Below, piece after piece: positions 1 to 8,701 of a stretch of 64,000 nucleotides of DNA (position 1 is the first letter of the stretch; each line of letters opens with the position of its first letter). A model generated the notes under the pieces. It did not search any database, had not been told where the DNA came from, and saw nothing but the letters and a program-made list of their open reading frames with translations. The translations under genes and the position numbers were made by a program. The DNA is from an uncultured Rhizobiaceae bacterium (GTDB taxonomy: Bacteria; Pseudomonadota; Alphaproteobacteria; Rhizobiales; Rhizobiaceae): contig CAMYMG010000020.1 of assembly GCA_947259295.1 (NCBI GenBank), forward strand, positions 5,193 to 69,192, given 5' to 3'.

Positions 1-138
1 GGCGGGTTTCGCGACGTTTTCGAATGGCTGGAGAAGGCGGAACGCTGGAAGCCCGTCGAGGAGAGCCCCCTGTTCCGGGCCTTCTCAGTGGCCGAGCCGG
101 AAGTGCTGCTGAAGGCGTTCGTGTTCGAGATCGGCTGA
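1..138 (+). CDS. 3' end of an unidentified CDS entering from the left edge (...FRDVFEWLEKAERWKPVEESPLFRAFSVAEPEVLLKAFVFEIG*)
   Basis: Frame +1 is open from base 1 to TGA at 136-138, with G/C-rich third positions like neighbouring genes. It is absent from the ORF track because it has no start in the window. No family recognised. Confidence 0.4.
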   Translation, partial: GGFRDVFEWLEKAERWKPVEESPLFRAFSVAEPEVLLKAFVFEIG

Positions 139-190
139 CGGCAAGATCCAGGCATTCTCACGGGAGGGGCGGCGTTCCTCCCCGTCCGCC

Positions 191-838
191 TTACCGGTTC
201 GGATCCCGTTCGCCGGAAAGCGCCCTGATCTCGGCCTGCAATGCCGCAACCTGCTCTTCCAGGGCCTGAAGACGGCTTTCGATGCCGGGGGAGGAAGCGG
301 CGGGAGCCGCCTGCCTGGAAGCCGCAGCGGTCACGACAACATCGCCACTCAGCAGATGCGCATAGCGCTCTTCGCGCTGTCCGGGCCCGCGCTCCAGCAG
401 CTTGACCAGCGCAGGCCTGCGACCGATCAGAAGGTCGAGTTCTGTCGCCAGAGCGTCGATGGAGCCGAACCGCGCCAGCCTCTCCGAGCGCGCGAGGAGC
501 TCATGCGCCGTCTGGGGACCACGCAACAGGAGCAGACCGATGATGGCGATCTGAGGGTGGGTAAGCGAGAACCGCTGCGCAAGCTGATGTTCATAGCGCT
601 CGACCCGCGAGGCAAACACCTGGCGGACGAGGCCCTTCTGCTGGAGCAGGCCGAGCGTGCGCCTGATCTCGTCGGGCTCAAGCGCCATCACCGGGTCGCG
701 GGCCGTCTTCTGGTTCGCGGCGGACTGCAGCCCGTTCAGCGTCATCGGATAGACGTCCGGCGTCAGCTCCTTCTTCTCAGCCAGGCAGCCGAGAATTCGG
801 GCCTCGGCCGGATTGAGAACGGGGAGTTCGGTATCCAT
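191..838 (-). CDS. yceH: YceH/UPF0502 (DUF480) family protein
   Basis: This is the C-terminal 215 aa of ORF 191..1477(-). It is collinear by eye with E. coli YceH (ARILGCLAEK, YPMTLNGL, NQKTARDPVM; C-terminal coiled coil LQALEEQVAALQAEIRAL). I chose the ATG at 836-838 because the upstream part of the ORF overlaps sdhB out of frame. Confidence 0.8.
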   Translation of the reverse strand: MDTELPVLNPAEARILGCLAEKKELTPDVYPMTLNGLQSAANQKTARDPVMALEPDEIRRTLGLLQQKGLVRQVFASRVERYEHQLAQRFSLTHPQIAIIGLLLLRGPQTAHELLARSERLARFGSIDALATELDLLIGRRPALVKLLERGPGQREERYAHLLSGDVVVTAAASRQAAPAASSPGIESRLQALEEQVAALQAEIRALSGERDPNR

Positions 839-858
839 CAATTGACCCCGCGCTGCCC

Positions 859-1638
859 TTAGACCCGCCGCTCGACCATCATCTTCTTGATCTCGGCAAT
901 CGCCTTGGCCGGATTGAGGCCCTTCGGGCAGGTCTGCGCGCAGTTCATGATGGTGTGGCATCGGTAGAGGCGGAACGGGTCCTCGAGATTGTCGAGCCTG
1001 TCCCCCTTCGCCTCGTCCCTCGAGTCGATCAACCAGCGATAGGCCTGCAGCAGAACAGCCGGCCCCAGATAGCGCTCGCCGTTCCACCAGTAGCTCGGGC
1101 ACGACGTCTGGCAGCAGAAGCACAGGATGCATTCGTAGAGGCCGTCGAGCTTCTGCCGGTCCTCGTGGCTCTGCTTCCATTCCTTGGCCGGTTCCGGCGA
1201 GACCGTCTTCAGCCATGGCTCGACCGATGTAAGCTGCGCATAGGGAACCGTCAGGTCCGGGACCAGATCCTTGACCACGGGCATGTGCGGCAACGGATAG
1301 ACCTTCACGACATTGCCGATCTCGTCCATGCCCTTGGTGCAGGCAAGCGTGTTGGAACCGTCGATGTTCATGGCACAGGAACCGCAGATGCCTTCGCGGC
1401 ACGAGCGGCGCAGCGTCAGCGTCGGGTCGATCTTGTTCTTGATCCACAGCAGCGCGTCGAGAACCATCGGCCCGCAATCGTCCATGTCGACGAAGTAGGT
1501 GTCCTGCCGCGGATTCTCGTCATCGTCGGGCGACCAGCGATAGATCTTGTATTCGCGCAGATTGGTCGCGCCCTCCGGCTTCGGCCATGTCTTGCCGGCC
1601 TTGATCTGAGAGTTCTTGGGAAGGGTGAGTTCAACCAT
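859..1638 (-). CDS. sdhB: succinate dehydrogenase iron-sulfur subunit
   Basis: 259 aa with three Fe-S Cys clusters ([43 protein letters not shown]). ATG start. Lies directly downstream of sdhA. Confidence 0.97.
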   Translation of the reverse strand: MVELTLPKNSQIKAGKTWPKPEGATNLREYKIYRWSPDDDENPRQDTYFVDMDDCGPMVLDALLWIKNKIDPTLTLRRSCREGICGSCAMNIDGSNTLACTKGMDEIGNVVKVYPLPHMPVVKDLVPDLTVPYAQLTSVEPWLKTVSPEPAKEWKQSHEDRQKLDGLYECILCFCCQTSCPSYWWNGERYLGPAVLLQAYRWLIDSRDEAKGDRLDNLEDPFRLYRCHTIMNCAQTCPKGLNPAKAIAEIKKMMVERRV

Positions 1639-1653
1639 GGGAATTCATCCTCA

Positions 1654-3486
1654 TCAATAAACCCGCGCCTTGGGTGCGATCTTGGCGCGGCTGATGCCGC
1701 CCTCAGCCTCGCTGGTCAGCGGGTCGGCATGCACCGGCCGATAGTCGAGGTGGACGTAGCCTGCCTCGTCGATCCATGACAGCGTGTGCTTGCGCCAGTT
1801 GGCGTCGTCGCGGTCGGCGAAATCCTCGCGCGCATGCGCCCCGCGGCTCTCCTTGCGCGCCTCGGCGCTGTAGACCGTGGTGATGGCGTTGGCCATCAGG
1901 TTTTCCAGCTCCAGCGTCTCGACCAGGTCCGAGTTCCAGATCATCGAGCGGTCGGTGACCTTGATGTCCTTCAACTCACCCCAGATCGCCGAAATCCGCT
2001 GGCATCCGTTCTCCAGTGATGCCTGCGTGCGGAACACCGCGGCGTCTTCCTGCATGGCCTTCTGCATTTTCTCGCGCAGCACCGCTGTCGGCGCGCCGCC
2101 ATTGGCGTGACGCACCCGGTCGAAGCGCTCCATGATCTTTTCGACGGCCGCCTCGTTGACCGGCGGCACCGGCGCGTCGCGGTCGACCACCTTGCCGGCC
2201 CGGATCGCGGCGGCACGGCCGAACACGACGAGATCGATCAGCGAGTTGGAGCCCAGCCGGTTGGCGCCGTGCACGGAAGCACAGCCCGCCTCGCCGACGG
2301 CCATCAGGCCGGGCGCCACCGCGTCCGGATTCTCTGCCGTCGGGTTGAGCACCTCGCCCCAGTAGTTCGTCGGGATGCCGCCCATGTTGTAATGCACCGT
2401 CGGCAGCACCGGGATCGGTTCCTTGGTCAGGTCGACGCCGGCGAAGATCTTCGCCGATTCCGAAATGCCCGGAAGCCTTTCGTGCAGCACGGCTGGATCG
2501 AGATGGTCGAGATGCAGGAAGATGTGGTCCTTGTTCTTGCCGACGCCGCGCCCTTCGCGGATTTCCATCGTCATGCAGCGCGAGACGACGTCGCGCGAGG
2601 CAAGGTCCTTCGCCGACGGCGCATAGCGCTCCATGAAGCGCTCGCCCTCGGAGTTGACGAGGTAGCCGCCCTCGCCGCGCGCCCCCTCTGTGATCAGGCA
2701 GCCGGCGCCGTAGATACCGGTCGGGTGGAACTGCACGAATTCCATGTCCTGCAGCGGCAGCCCGGCCCTGGCAATCATGCCGTTGCCGTCGCCGGTGCAT
2801 GTATGCGCCGAGGTGGCCGAGAAATAGGCGCGGCCGTAGCCGCCGGTCGCCAGCACCACCATCTTGGCTGAAAAGCGGTGGATGGTGCCGTCGTCGAGGT
2901 TCCAGGCCACCACGCCCGTGCAGCGGCCGTCGGCCTCCATGATCAGGTCGAGCGCGAAATACTCGATGAAGAACTGCGCATTGTGCTTCAGTGACTGGCC
3001 GTAGAGTGTATGCAGAATGGCGTGGCCGGTGCGGTCGGCCGCCGCGCAGGTGCGCTGCACGGGCGGGCCGTCGCCGTAATTCATCATGTGGCCGCCGAAC
3101 GGCCGCTGATAGATCTTGCCTTCCTCGGTGCGGCTGAACGGCACGCCGTAGTGCTCCAGCTCGTAGACCGCGGCGGGCGCCTCACGCACCATGTATTCCT
3201 GCGCGTCCATGTCGCCTAGCCAATCCGACCCCTTGACGGTGTCGTACATGTGCCACTGCCAGGAGTCGGGCCCCATATTCTGCAACGAGGCAGCGATGCC
3301 GCCCTGTGCCGCGACCGTGTGCGAGCGCGTCGGGAAGACCTTGGTGATGCAGGCGGTCTTCAGCCCCTGCTCGGCCATGCCGAGCGTCGCGCGCAGTCCG
3401 GCGCCACCGGCGCCCACCACCACGACATCGAACTTGTGATCGACAAATGTATAGGCCTTGCCGTCAGGCTTTGCTGCTTCAGCCAC
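1654..3486 (-). CDS. sdhA: succinate dehydrogenase flavoprotein subunit
   Basis: 610 aa with FAD fold [11 protein letters not shown] and the covalent-FAD His context [13 protein letters not shown] start lies 7 nt after a GGAGG inside the end of sdhD. Confidence 0.97.
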   Translation of the reverse strand: MAEAAKPDGKAYTFVDHKFDVVVVGAGGAGLRATLGMAEQGLKTACITKVFPTRSHTVAAQGGIAASLQNMGPDSWQWHMYDTVKGSDWLGDMDAQEYMVREAPAAVYELEHYGVPFSRTEEGKIYQRPFGGHMMNYGDGPPVQRTCAAADRTGHAILHTLYGQSLKHNAQFFIEYFALDLIMEADGRCTGVVAWNLDDGTIHRFSAKMVVLATGGYGRAYFSATSAHTCTGDGNGMIARAGLPLQDMEFVQFHPTGIYGAGCLITEGARGEGGYLVNSEGERFMERYAPSAKDLASRDVVSRCMTMEIREGRGVGKNKDHIFLHLDHLDPAVLHERLPGISESAKIFAGVDLTKEPIPVLPTVHYNMGGIPTNYWGEVLNPTAENPDAVAPGLMAVGEAGCASVHGANRLGSNSLIDLVVFGRAAAIRAGKVVDRDAPVPPVNEAAVEKIMERFDRVRHANGGAPTAVLREKMQKAMQEDAAVFRTQASLENGCQRISAIWGELKDIKVTDRSMIWNSDLVETLELENLMANAITTVYSAEARKESRGAHAREDFADRDDANWRKHTLSWIDEAGYVHLDYRPVHADPLTSEAEGGISRAKIAPKARVY

Positions 3487-3489
3487 GCC

Positions 3490-3873
3490 TCAGCCTCCGA
3501 ATGCCAGTTTGATGAGGGCATAGACCGAGGCCACGCCGACTGCGATGGAAAAGAAAGTGTTGAGAATGAGAAGGGCCAACTTGCCACCCTCGGCATGAAT
3601 ATAGTCTTCGACGATCACCTGCATGCCGAGACGCATATGGTAGAGGCCCGAAACCAGCATCAGCAAAAACATCAGCGCAACGAAAGGATTGGCCATCGCC
3701 ACCCTGACCGTCGCGTAGTCCGCGCCGTTGAGCGAAATCAGAAAGCCCAGGAAAAACAGGATCAGCGGGATGTTGGCGATGGCTGTAAGACGCTGCGCCC
3801 AGAAATGGCCGGTGCCTTCGCGAGCCGAACCGAGCCCGCGAACCTTTGAAAGCGGTGTGCGCATATCCGTCAT
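3490..3873 (-). CDS. sdhD: succinate dehydrogenase hydrophobic membrane anchor subunit
   Basis: 127 aa from the internal ATG (MTDMRTPLSKVRGLGSAREGTGHFW...). About three hydrophobic helices. Sits between sdhC and sdhA. Confidence 0.9.
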   Translation of the reverse strand: MTDMRTPLSKVRGLGSAREGTGHFWAQRLTAIANIPLILFFLGFLISLNGADYATVRVAMANPFVALMFLLMLVSGLYHMRLGMQVIVEDYIHAEGGKLALLILNTFFSIAVGVASVYALIKLAFGG

Positions 3874-3875
3874 GG

Positions 3876-4280
3876 TTACATCCCCCGGGCCGCGTAGCCG
3901 GCGATCCAGACCAGAACCGTCAGCACGATGCCAAGGGCAAGGTTGCCCCAGGCGATCTTCGACGCTGTATGCTTTTCGAGGCCGCTCCCCGTATCCCAGA
4001 TCAGATGGCGTATCCCGCCGAGCATGTGGTGAATGAGCGCCCACGTGTAGCCGAACAGCACCAGCCTGCCGAACCAGGAACCGAAGATTCCGTTGACGAA
4101 GTCGAAATAGCTCTCGGAGGTCGAGGCCGCGATCAGCCACCAGGCAATCAGCAGCGTGCCGAAATAAAGCGCACCGCCTGTGATGCGCTGCAGGATCGAC
4201 ACGGTCATGGTGACCGGCCACCTGTAGACCGTCAGATGTGGCGATAGCGGCCTTGCACGGCTGGCTGTGGCTTTGCTCAT
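3876..4280 (-). CDS. sdhC: succinate dehydrogenase cytochrome b556 subunit
   Basis: 134 aa from the internal ATG (MSKATASRARPLSPHLTVYRWPVTM...), the typical SdhC N-terminus with three TM helices. First gene of the sdhCDAB order. Confidence 0.9.
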   Translation of the reverse strand: MSKATASRARPLSPHLTVYRWPVTMTVSILQRITGGALYFGTLLIAWWLIAASTSESYFDFVNGIFGSWFGRLVLFGYTWALIHHMLGGIRHLIWDTGSGLEKHTASKIAWGNLALGIVLTVLVWIAGYAARGM

Positions 4281-4447
4281 GGCTACCCCATTTATGATTA
4301 TCGGGCGCGGCACCGATCGAAAAAGGCCGAAGCGATGCCCTCGTTGGCTGCCGTTGTCTAAAACTCTTTTTGCACCGCGTCAAAGTTCCAGGCCGCAACC
4401 CGACGCATATCTAGGTGCAATTTCGCAACCTCTGTAGGTCCCAATTC

Positions 4448-4465
4448 GCTTCAATCGATTGAAGC
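4448..4465. repeat. 18-nt perfect palindrome GCTTCAATCGATTGAAGC in the sdhC / 4691 divergent intergenic region
   Basis: Read directly; the sequence equals its own reverse complement. It lies 168 nt upstream of the sdhC start and 226 nt upstream of the 4691 ATG. Confidence 0.9.
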
Positions 4466-4573
4466 CTGAGAGGCGCATGCTGCAATGCACTGAGAAGTGC
4501 GAATCACTCTCGGCCCAGGGTGGCTGCCGTGCCTGCCCTCCTGACCTCAGAATCGTCTCGGAACGTGTTGATA

Positions 4574-4581
4574 TTAACCAT
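4574..4581 (+). promoter_or_regulatory. TTAACCAT (CtrA-type 8-mer half site) upstream of CDS 4691
   Basis: Exact TTAACCAT about 110 nt upstream of the ATG, in an AT-poor genome. No partner TTAA at N7. Confidence 0.3.
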
Positions 4582-4690
4582 GTCGACCGATAGGCCGCCG
4601 CGAAATTGGCCCTTGCCTCTTAACAAAGGTTAAGAAAGCGTTACCTTCCTGAGACGAGGAGGCCACGGCCTCAAATCAGGAGGACGCGCA

Positions 4691-5101
4691 ATGCGTTTGA
4701 AACTGAACCGATTGAGCTTCTTGCCTCTTGCGCTTTGCCTGGTTGGCGGAGCAATGACCGCGCCCGCATCGGCCGGCGGCCAGTACCACGACCGCATCTA
4801 TGCCGACAGTTTCGGCAATCTCGTCGTTCACAGCCGCAGCGGCTACAAGCGCATCGTCGTCGGTGCCGGGCACCTCGCCAAGGATCTCGCCGACTACGAG
4901 CAGACCGGCGACGACGGCGTCGTCTACCTCGACGAGGACGGCGCAGGCTACGCCATGCCGAGATGCTGGAAGCCCGCCGTTCTGCTCAAGGGACGCAGCT
5001 ACATGTATGGCCTTGCGGACGGCGAACTGCCTGATTTGCCGGGTGGCTGCCACTCCGACACGCATGCGGCTCCCGGCGTGGTGATGCGCCGCGACCGATA
5101 G
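4691..5101 (+). CDS. small secreted hypothetical protein
   Basis: 136 aa. AGGAGG lies 7 nt before the ATG. Sec-type signal peptide (LSFLPLALCLVGGAMTAPASA). The mature part has two Cys. No family recognised. Confidence 0.6.
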   Translation: MRLKLNRLSFLPLALCLVGGAMTAPASAGGQYHDRIYADSFGNLVVHSRSGYKRIVVGAGHLAKDLADYEQTGDDGVVYLDEDGAGYAMPRCWKPAVLLKGRSYMYGLADGELPDLPGGCHSDTHAAPGVVMRRDR

Positions 5102-5160
5102 CCCTCATTTGGTCATACGCTGCCGGTATGGCGCGGGGCACGACGAATGGTAGGTAATCG

Positions 5161-6507
5161 ATGAGTCACGCCATCCGGGCCAGCCGGCTCAAAAGCCACG
5201 TAGCCTCGCTTGAGACCATGACGCGCTTCGTCCTGGCTACCTTGGCGCTGGCCAGTGGCGTGTACACCTATCTCGGTGTCCGCAGTCTGCTCGACGGTTC
5301 GGCCACCGTCGTGTTCTTCGCCGCGATCATCTATTCGGTCGCTGTCTCCGTGGCCATCTACGGCTTCTGGACCTATCTGATCCGCTTTCTGCCGGAAATG
5401 CGCGATGCCGGGTCGCGTCTTGCTCTGTTCGGCTTCATGGCGCTCGGTTCGGCGATGATCGTGGCCATGTCGTCATGGCTGAATGCGGCGGCACTGGCTG
5501 GTTCCGCGGCGGTGGAGCAGCATCTCGCCGTCACGCTGGAGGATTATACCGCCGACCTCGACCAGGCGCACGGCAATGCGCTCGGCGCACTGTCCCTGTT
5601 GCCCGACATCCAGCGCGCATCCGAACGGTTTGCCAGGCTTGCCGCCGACGAGCAGGCAACGGGTGCGCTGACAGGCACCTCCGGTTCCGGCAGTGTCGTG
5701 CAGCTGCTCAGCCAGATGTCAGCCCAGATGGACGAGCTCGAAGCGACCATCGAAGGCTCGCGCGACACCATCAAGAACGGTTTCGCGGAGGGTCAGGAGC
5801 GTCTCGCGGCGATGCGCTCACTGGTGTCGGCCCCCGGCGCCATCGCCCAGCGGTCCGACCAGTTCGCAGCCGAGGCGGTGGCCCTGGCAGGCGTCATCGC
5901 AGCGCTCGAACAGACGTCGATCGCCCCGTCGGTTACGCGCGCTGCCGCCGATCTGTCGGTGGGCTTCATCGCACCGATCGCCGATGGCGGCACAGTCGAT
6001 CTAGCCGGGCGCCAGGATCAGGTGATGGCGACCATCCGCACCTCGGTGGAGGCTCAGTCGAAGGCCCTCTCCGAGGCGGCAGCCGAGATTCTGGCCCAGC
6101 CGAAAGTACCGGAGCGCCGTTACGTGCCGCTGACATCGGCCGAGGCGGTACTGCGCTATGCGTCGGATTTCATTCCGAGTTGGGCCGGCGCCATCTCCAT
6201 CGACCTGCTTCCGGCCGTGCTCGTCGGCATCATGGCGGTCGTGCAATCGTCGCTCCGGCGCACCGAGGAGAATGTCGAGGGTGCCGACCGGATCACTGCC
6301 GGCGACATGATGCGCTCGCTTGAACTGCACGAGGCCCTGCTGGCCCGACGCCAGACCGCCGCGGCACCCGTTGCGCCAGAGGAAGCCCCGGTCACCCCGC
6401 CGTCGGCTGAACCCGACGCCCATCCGCAGTCCGAGCCCGATGAGCGGCAGGCCGGCCAGAATGTCACGCCACTTGCGCTCGGTGACAGAAAGCGTCTCGA
6501 ACCGTGA
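5161..6507 (+). CDS. polytopic membrane protein with long helical ectodomain and Pro-rich tail (uncharacterised)
   Basis: 448 aa with three N-terminal TM helices, an Ala/Glu/Gln-rich helical region of about 250 aa, a fourth TM (ISIDLLPAVLVGIMAVV) and a Pro/Glu-rich C-terminus. High GC3. Its stop overlaps the next start (ATGA). Confidence 0.65.
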   Translation: MSHAIRASRLKSHVASLETMTRFVLATLALASGVYTYLGVRSLLDGSATVVFFAAIIYSVAVSVAIYGFWTYLIRFLPEMRDAGSRLALFGFMALGSAMIVAMSSWLNAAALAGSAAVEQHLAVTLEDYTADLDQAHGNALGALSLLPDIQRASERFARLAADEQATGALTGTSGSGSVVQLLSQMSAQMDELEATIEGSRDTIKNGFAEGQERLAAMRSLVSAPGAIAQRSDQFAAEAVALAGVIAALEQTSIAPSVTRAAADLSVGFIAPIADGGTVDLAGRQDQVMATIRTSVEAQSKALSEAAAEILAQPKVPERRYVPLTSAEAVLRYASDFIPSWAGAISIDLLPAVLVGIMAVVQSSLRRTEENVEGADRITAGDMMRSLELHEALLARRQTAAAPVAPEEAPVTPPSAEPDAHPQSEPDERQAGQNVTPLALGDRKRLEP

Positions 6508-7355
6508 GCCGAACCTCCGCCCCCACATCCGCCAACACTCTTGCCGGCACGGCTGCCTCGCCGAAGCCCAATCGGCTCGTGCGCTATTTTTCCCGTTTCG
6601 ACGAAGGCGAAGTCGTGCGCTGGGCGTTCCGCGGCATGCTGATCGGCACGATAGGTGTTCTAGGGCTCGATCTGCGCGATCTGAGCGACAGCAACGGATG
6701 GTGGCCGACCGAGACGTCGGCTCCGGCGCATGCCTCGGAGCCGGTCCTGCCGCCTGCCGTGGAGACGGCGACACCCTTTCCGTCGATCGATCCCCGGCAG
6801 CATGTCACCGCCGACGTGGAAAGCCTCGGCCAGCCGATGCGGTTCGTCCTGGGTTCGGGTGGCGTGTTGCAGGCCGAGGGCAGCATAGCGCCCGGAACCG
6901 CGGCGCGCTTCGCCGCCGAAATCGAGGCGCGTGGCGAATATGTGCGAACGGTCTCGCTCAACTCTCCCGGCGGAGCGCTCGACGATGCCATGGAGATGGC
7001 CAGGCTGGTGCGCGGCCGCGGCCTATCGACCGAAGTCACCGACGGCGCAATCTGCGCGTCTTCCTGTCCCCTACTGTTTGCCGGGGGTTTGACGCGGACC
7101 GCCGGTGCAAAATCAGCCGTCGGCGTCCATCAGTTCTATGCGGCGACCGAAGCGACCACCGACCCGGCGCAGGCAATGTCGGATGCCCAGGCAACGACGG
7201 CGCGGATCTCGAGGCATCTCGCCGAGATGGACGTGGACCCTGCGCTGTGGCTTCACGCACTCGATACGCCGCCGCGGGCGCTCTACTATTTCTCGCCGGT
7301 CGAACTGGCGAAATACAAGCTGGTCACCAGCCCGGTCGCCACTGCTCACAAATAG
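6504..7355 (+). CDS. membrane-anchored ClpP/NfeD-like (COG3904-type) periplasmic protein
   Basis: 283 aa with one TM (WAFRGMLIGTIGVLGL). The C-terminal domain carries LNSPGGALDDA...ICASSCPLLFAGG, which resembles the SPGG / small-residue-Ser motif of ClpP/SppA/NfeD-fold proteins. ATGA overlap with the upstream gene. Confidence 0.65.
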   Translation: MSRTSAPTSANTLAGTAASPKPNRLVRYFSRFDEGEVVRWAFRGMLIGTIGVLGLDLRDLSDSNGWWPTETSAPAHASEPVLPPAVETATPFPSIDPRQHVTADVESLGQPMRFVLGSGGVLQAEGSIAPGTAARFAAEIEARGEYVRTVSLNSPGGALDDAMEMARLVRGRGLSTEVTDGAICASSCPLLFAGGLTRTAGAKSAVGVHQFYAATEATTDPAQAMSDAQATTARISRHLAEMDVDPALWLHALDTPPRALYYFSPVELAKYKLVTSPVATAHK

Positions 7356-7396
7356 TCCTGGCCGACTGCCCGGGCAGTGACTGTCCCTGGGCGGAC

Positions 7397-8602
7397 TCAG
7401 ACACTGACCGCAACCGCCGGCCTGTCGCCGGCCCTGCGCATCTCGGTCCGTGGCGCGATCTTGACGCAGTCGCGGCCGCTTTCCTTGGCCAGATAGAGAG
7501 CCTTATCGGCGCGCGAGAACAGATCCGAGTAGCTCTCGCCATCCATCAATTCGGCAACGCCGAAGCTCGCCGTGACATGCTTGGCATCCGGCAGCCCTTC
7601 GATCGTCGTGCCGGCGAAGGTGCTCCTCGCCCCTTCGGCAAAAAGCCGTGCCGCCACCAGATTGGTTCCCGGCAGCAGCGTCGCGAATTCCTCCCCGCCG
7701 ATGCGCCCGCCGAAATGGTGCTCGCCCATGGCCGAACGCAGGAACTCCGCGAAACTCATGATCACCTTGTCGCCTGCGACATGGCCGAACGTGTCGTTGA
7801 TGGACTTGAAACGGTCGAGGTCGGCGATGACCAGCGAGACCGGCATGCCGAGCCGGCGTGCAGCCCGGATCGCAATGTCTGCCTGCTGTTCGAAACCGCC
7901 CCGGTTGAACAGTCCCGAGAGCGGATCGGTTTCCGAGCGGGCTGCAGCGTCTGACAGCACGTCGCGCATCAGGATGACGAGCAGCGTCAGGGCCACCGCT
8001 ATCGCAAACACCGTCCCGAGCGCCTGCGAAAACATCGCATAGCTGGTTGTCAGATAGTCTTGCGGGCTCGCGCCCGTTCCGCCGAATATCTGGAACAGGA
8101 AAGGCTTGCTGAGGAACTGCAGCGAGCTGGCGGCCAGGAGCGCCATCAGCGCATTGTCGAGCCTGGCGCGGTTTCGCGCCTGCGCCACGATGCTCACCGC
8201 AAGGGCCTGCATGACGAAATAGGGCGTCTGGTAGATCAGCATCCGCGAGAAGGACTGGCGCGGCATGTCGAGCGTGAGGACACAGGCGACGATCGAACCG
8301 GCAAGCACCAGGCCCATCGTCAGCCACGGAACCCCCACCTCGTATTTCCGGGCGATGCCGATGTTCAGGATCGCCAGGGCGCCAAGTATTACTGCGAAGG
8401 CCAGCACGAACATCCATGGCGAATTGCTGAAGCTCGCAATCGCGAATTCGAGTACGGGATTGATCATCCCTACAAGGTAAGCCAACGCAAGCCAGCGGGC
8501 AGGCAGCGGCCGGCGACTATGTGCCGCCACCGCCATGAAGGATGATGCAATAAGCCCCGCAACGACGAGGTTGATGCCTAGAATGAAGCCCGCGCCGCTC
8601 AT
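7397..8602 (-). CDS. membrane-bound diguanylate cyclase (GGDEF domain)
   Basis: Multi-TM N-terminus plus a GGDEF domain (RIGGEEFATLL). I prefer the ATG at 8600-8602 (MSGAGFILG...) over the track's GTG at 8689. The upstream 29 codons have poor GC3, and this start aligns with the paralog. Confidence 0.85.
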   Translation of the reverse strand: MSGAGFILGINLVVAGLIASSFMAVAAHSRRPLPARWLALAYLVGMINPVLEFAIASFSNSPWMFVLAFAVILGALAILNIGIARKYEVGVPWLTMGLVLAGSIVACVLTLDMPRQSFSRMLIYQTPYFVMQALAVSIVAQARNRARLDNALMALLAASSLQFLSKPFLFQIFGGTGASPQDYLTTSYAMFSQALGTVFAIAVALTLLVILMRDVLSDAAARSETDPLSGLFNRGGFEQQADIAIRAARRLGMPVSLVIADLDRFKSINDTFGHVAGDKVIMSFAEFLRSAMGEHHFGGRIGGEEFATLLPGTNLVAARLFAEGARSTFAGTTIEGLPDAKHVTASFGVAELMDGESYSDLFSRADKALYLAKESGRDCVKIAPRTEMRRAGDRPAVAVSV

Positions 8603-8701
8603 TTGTTGTCCCGTTTCCGTTGCGGCAGAAAACCACGGCGGGACCAAAGACAGGTTAACGAGGACGGTTAAGCAATTCAGCACCACCACGGGTGCGGTTT
8701 A

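Noticed and set aside
163-183. GGGAGG...CCTCCC hairpin between the left-edge CDS and yceH as a terminator
   Set aside because: The stem is only 6 bp and there is no U-tract on either strand. It is too weak to call.
839-1477. N-terminal 213 codons of the 428-aa ORF 191..1477(-)
   Set aside because: It overlaps sdhB in another frame and is Arg/Pro-rich. YceH homology begins at the internal ATG at 836-838.
4619-4634. CTTAAC-aaag-GTTAAG as a full CtrA box
   Set aside because: The TTAA half-sites are separated by 6 nt, not the 7 nt required. I kept it only as a small inverted repeat.
6320-7954. 544-aa plus-strand ORF, together with 6001..6774(-) and 5475..6323(+)
   Set aside because: These are Arg/Pro/Gly-rich frames overlapping better-supported genes (5161..6507, 6504..7355, and the GGDEF gene on the opposite strand). 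No start signals.
8651-8680. GGTTAAC-N6-GGTTAAG upstream of the first GGDEF gene as a CtrA box
   Set aside because: The half-site spacing is N9, and the sequence may still be coding if the GTG at 8689 is used. There is not enough support.
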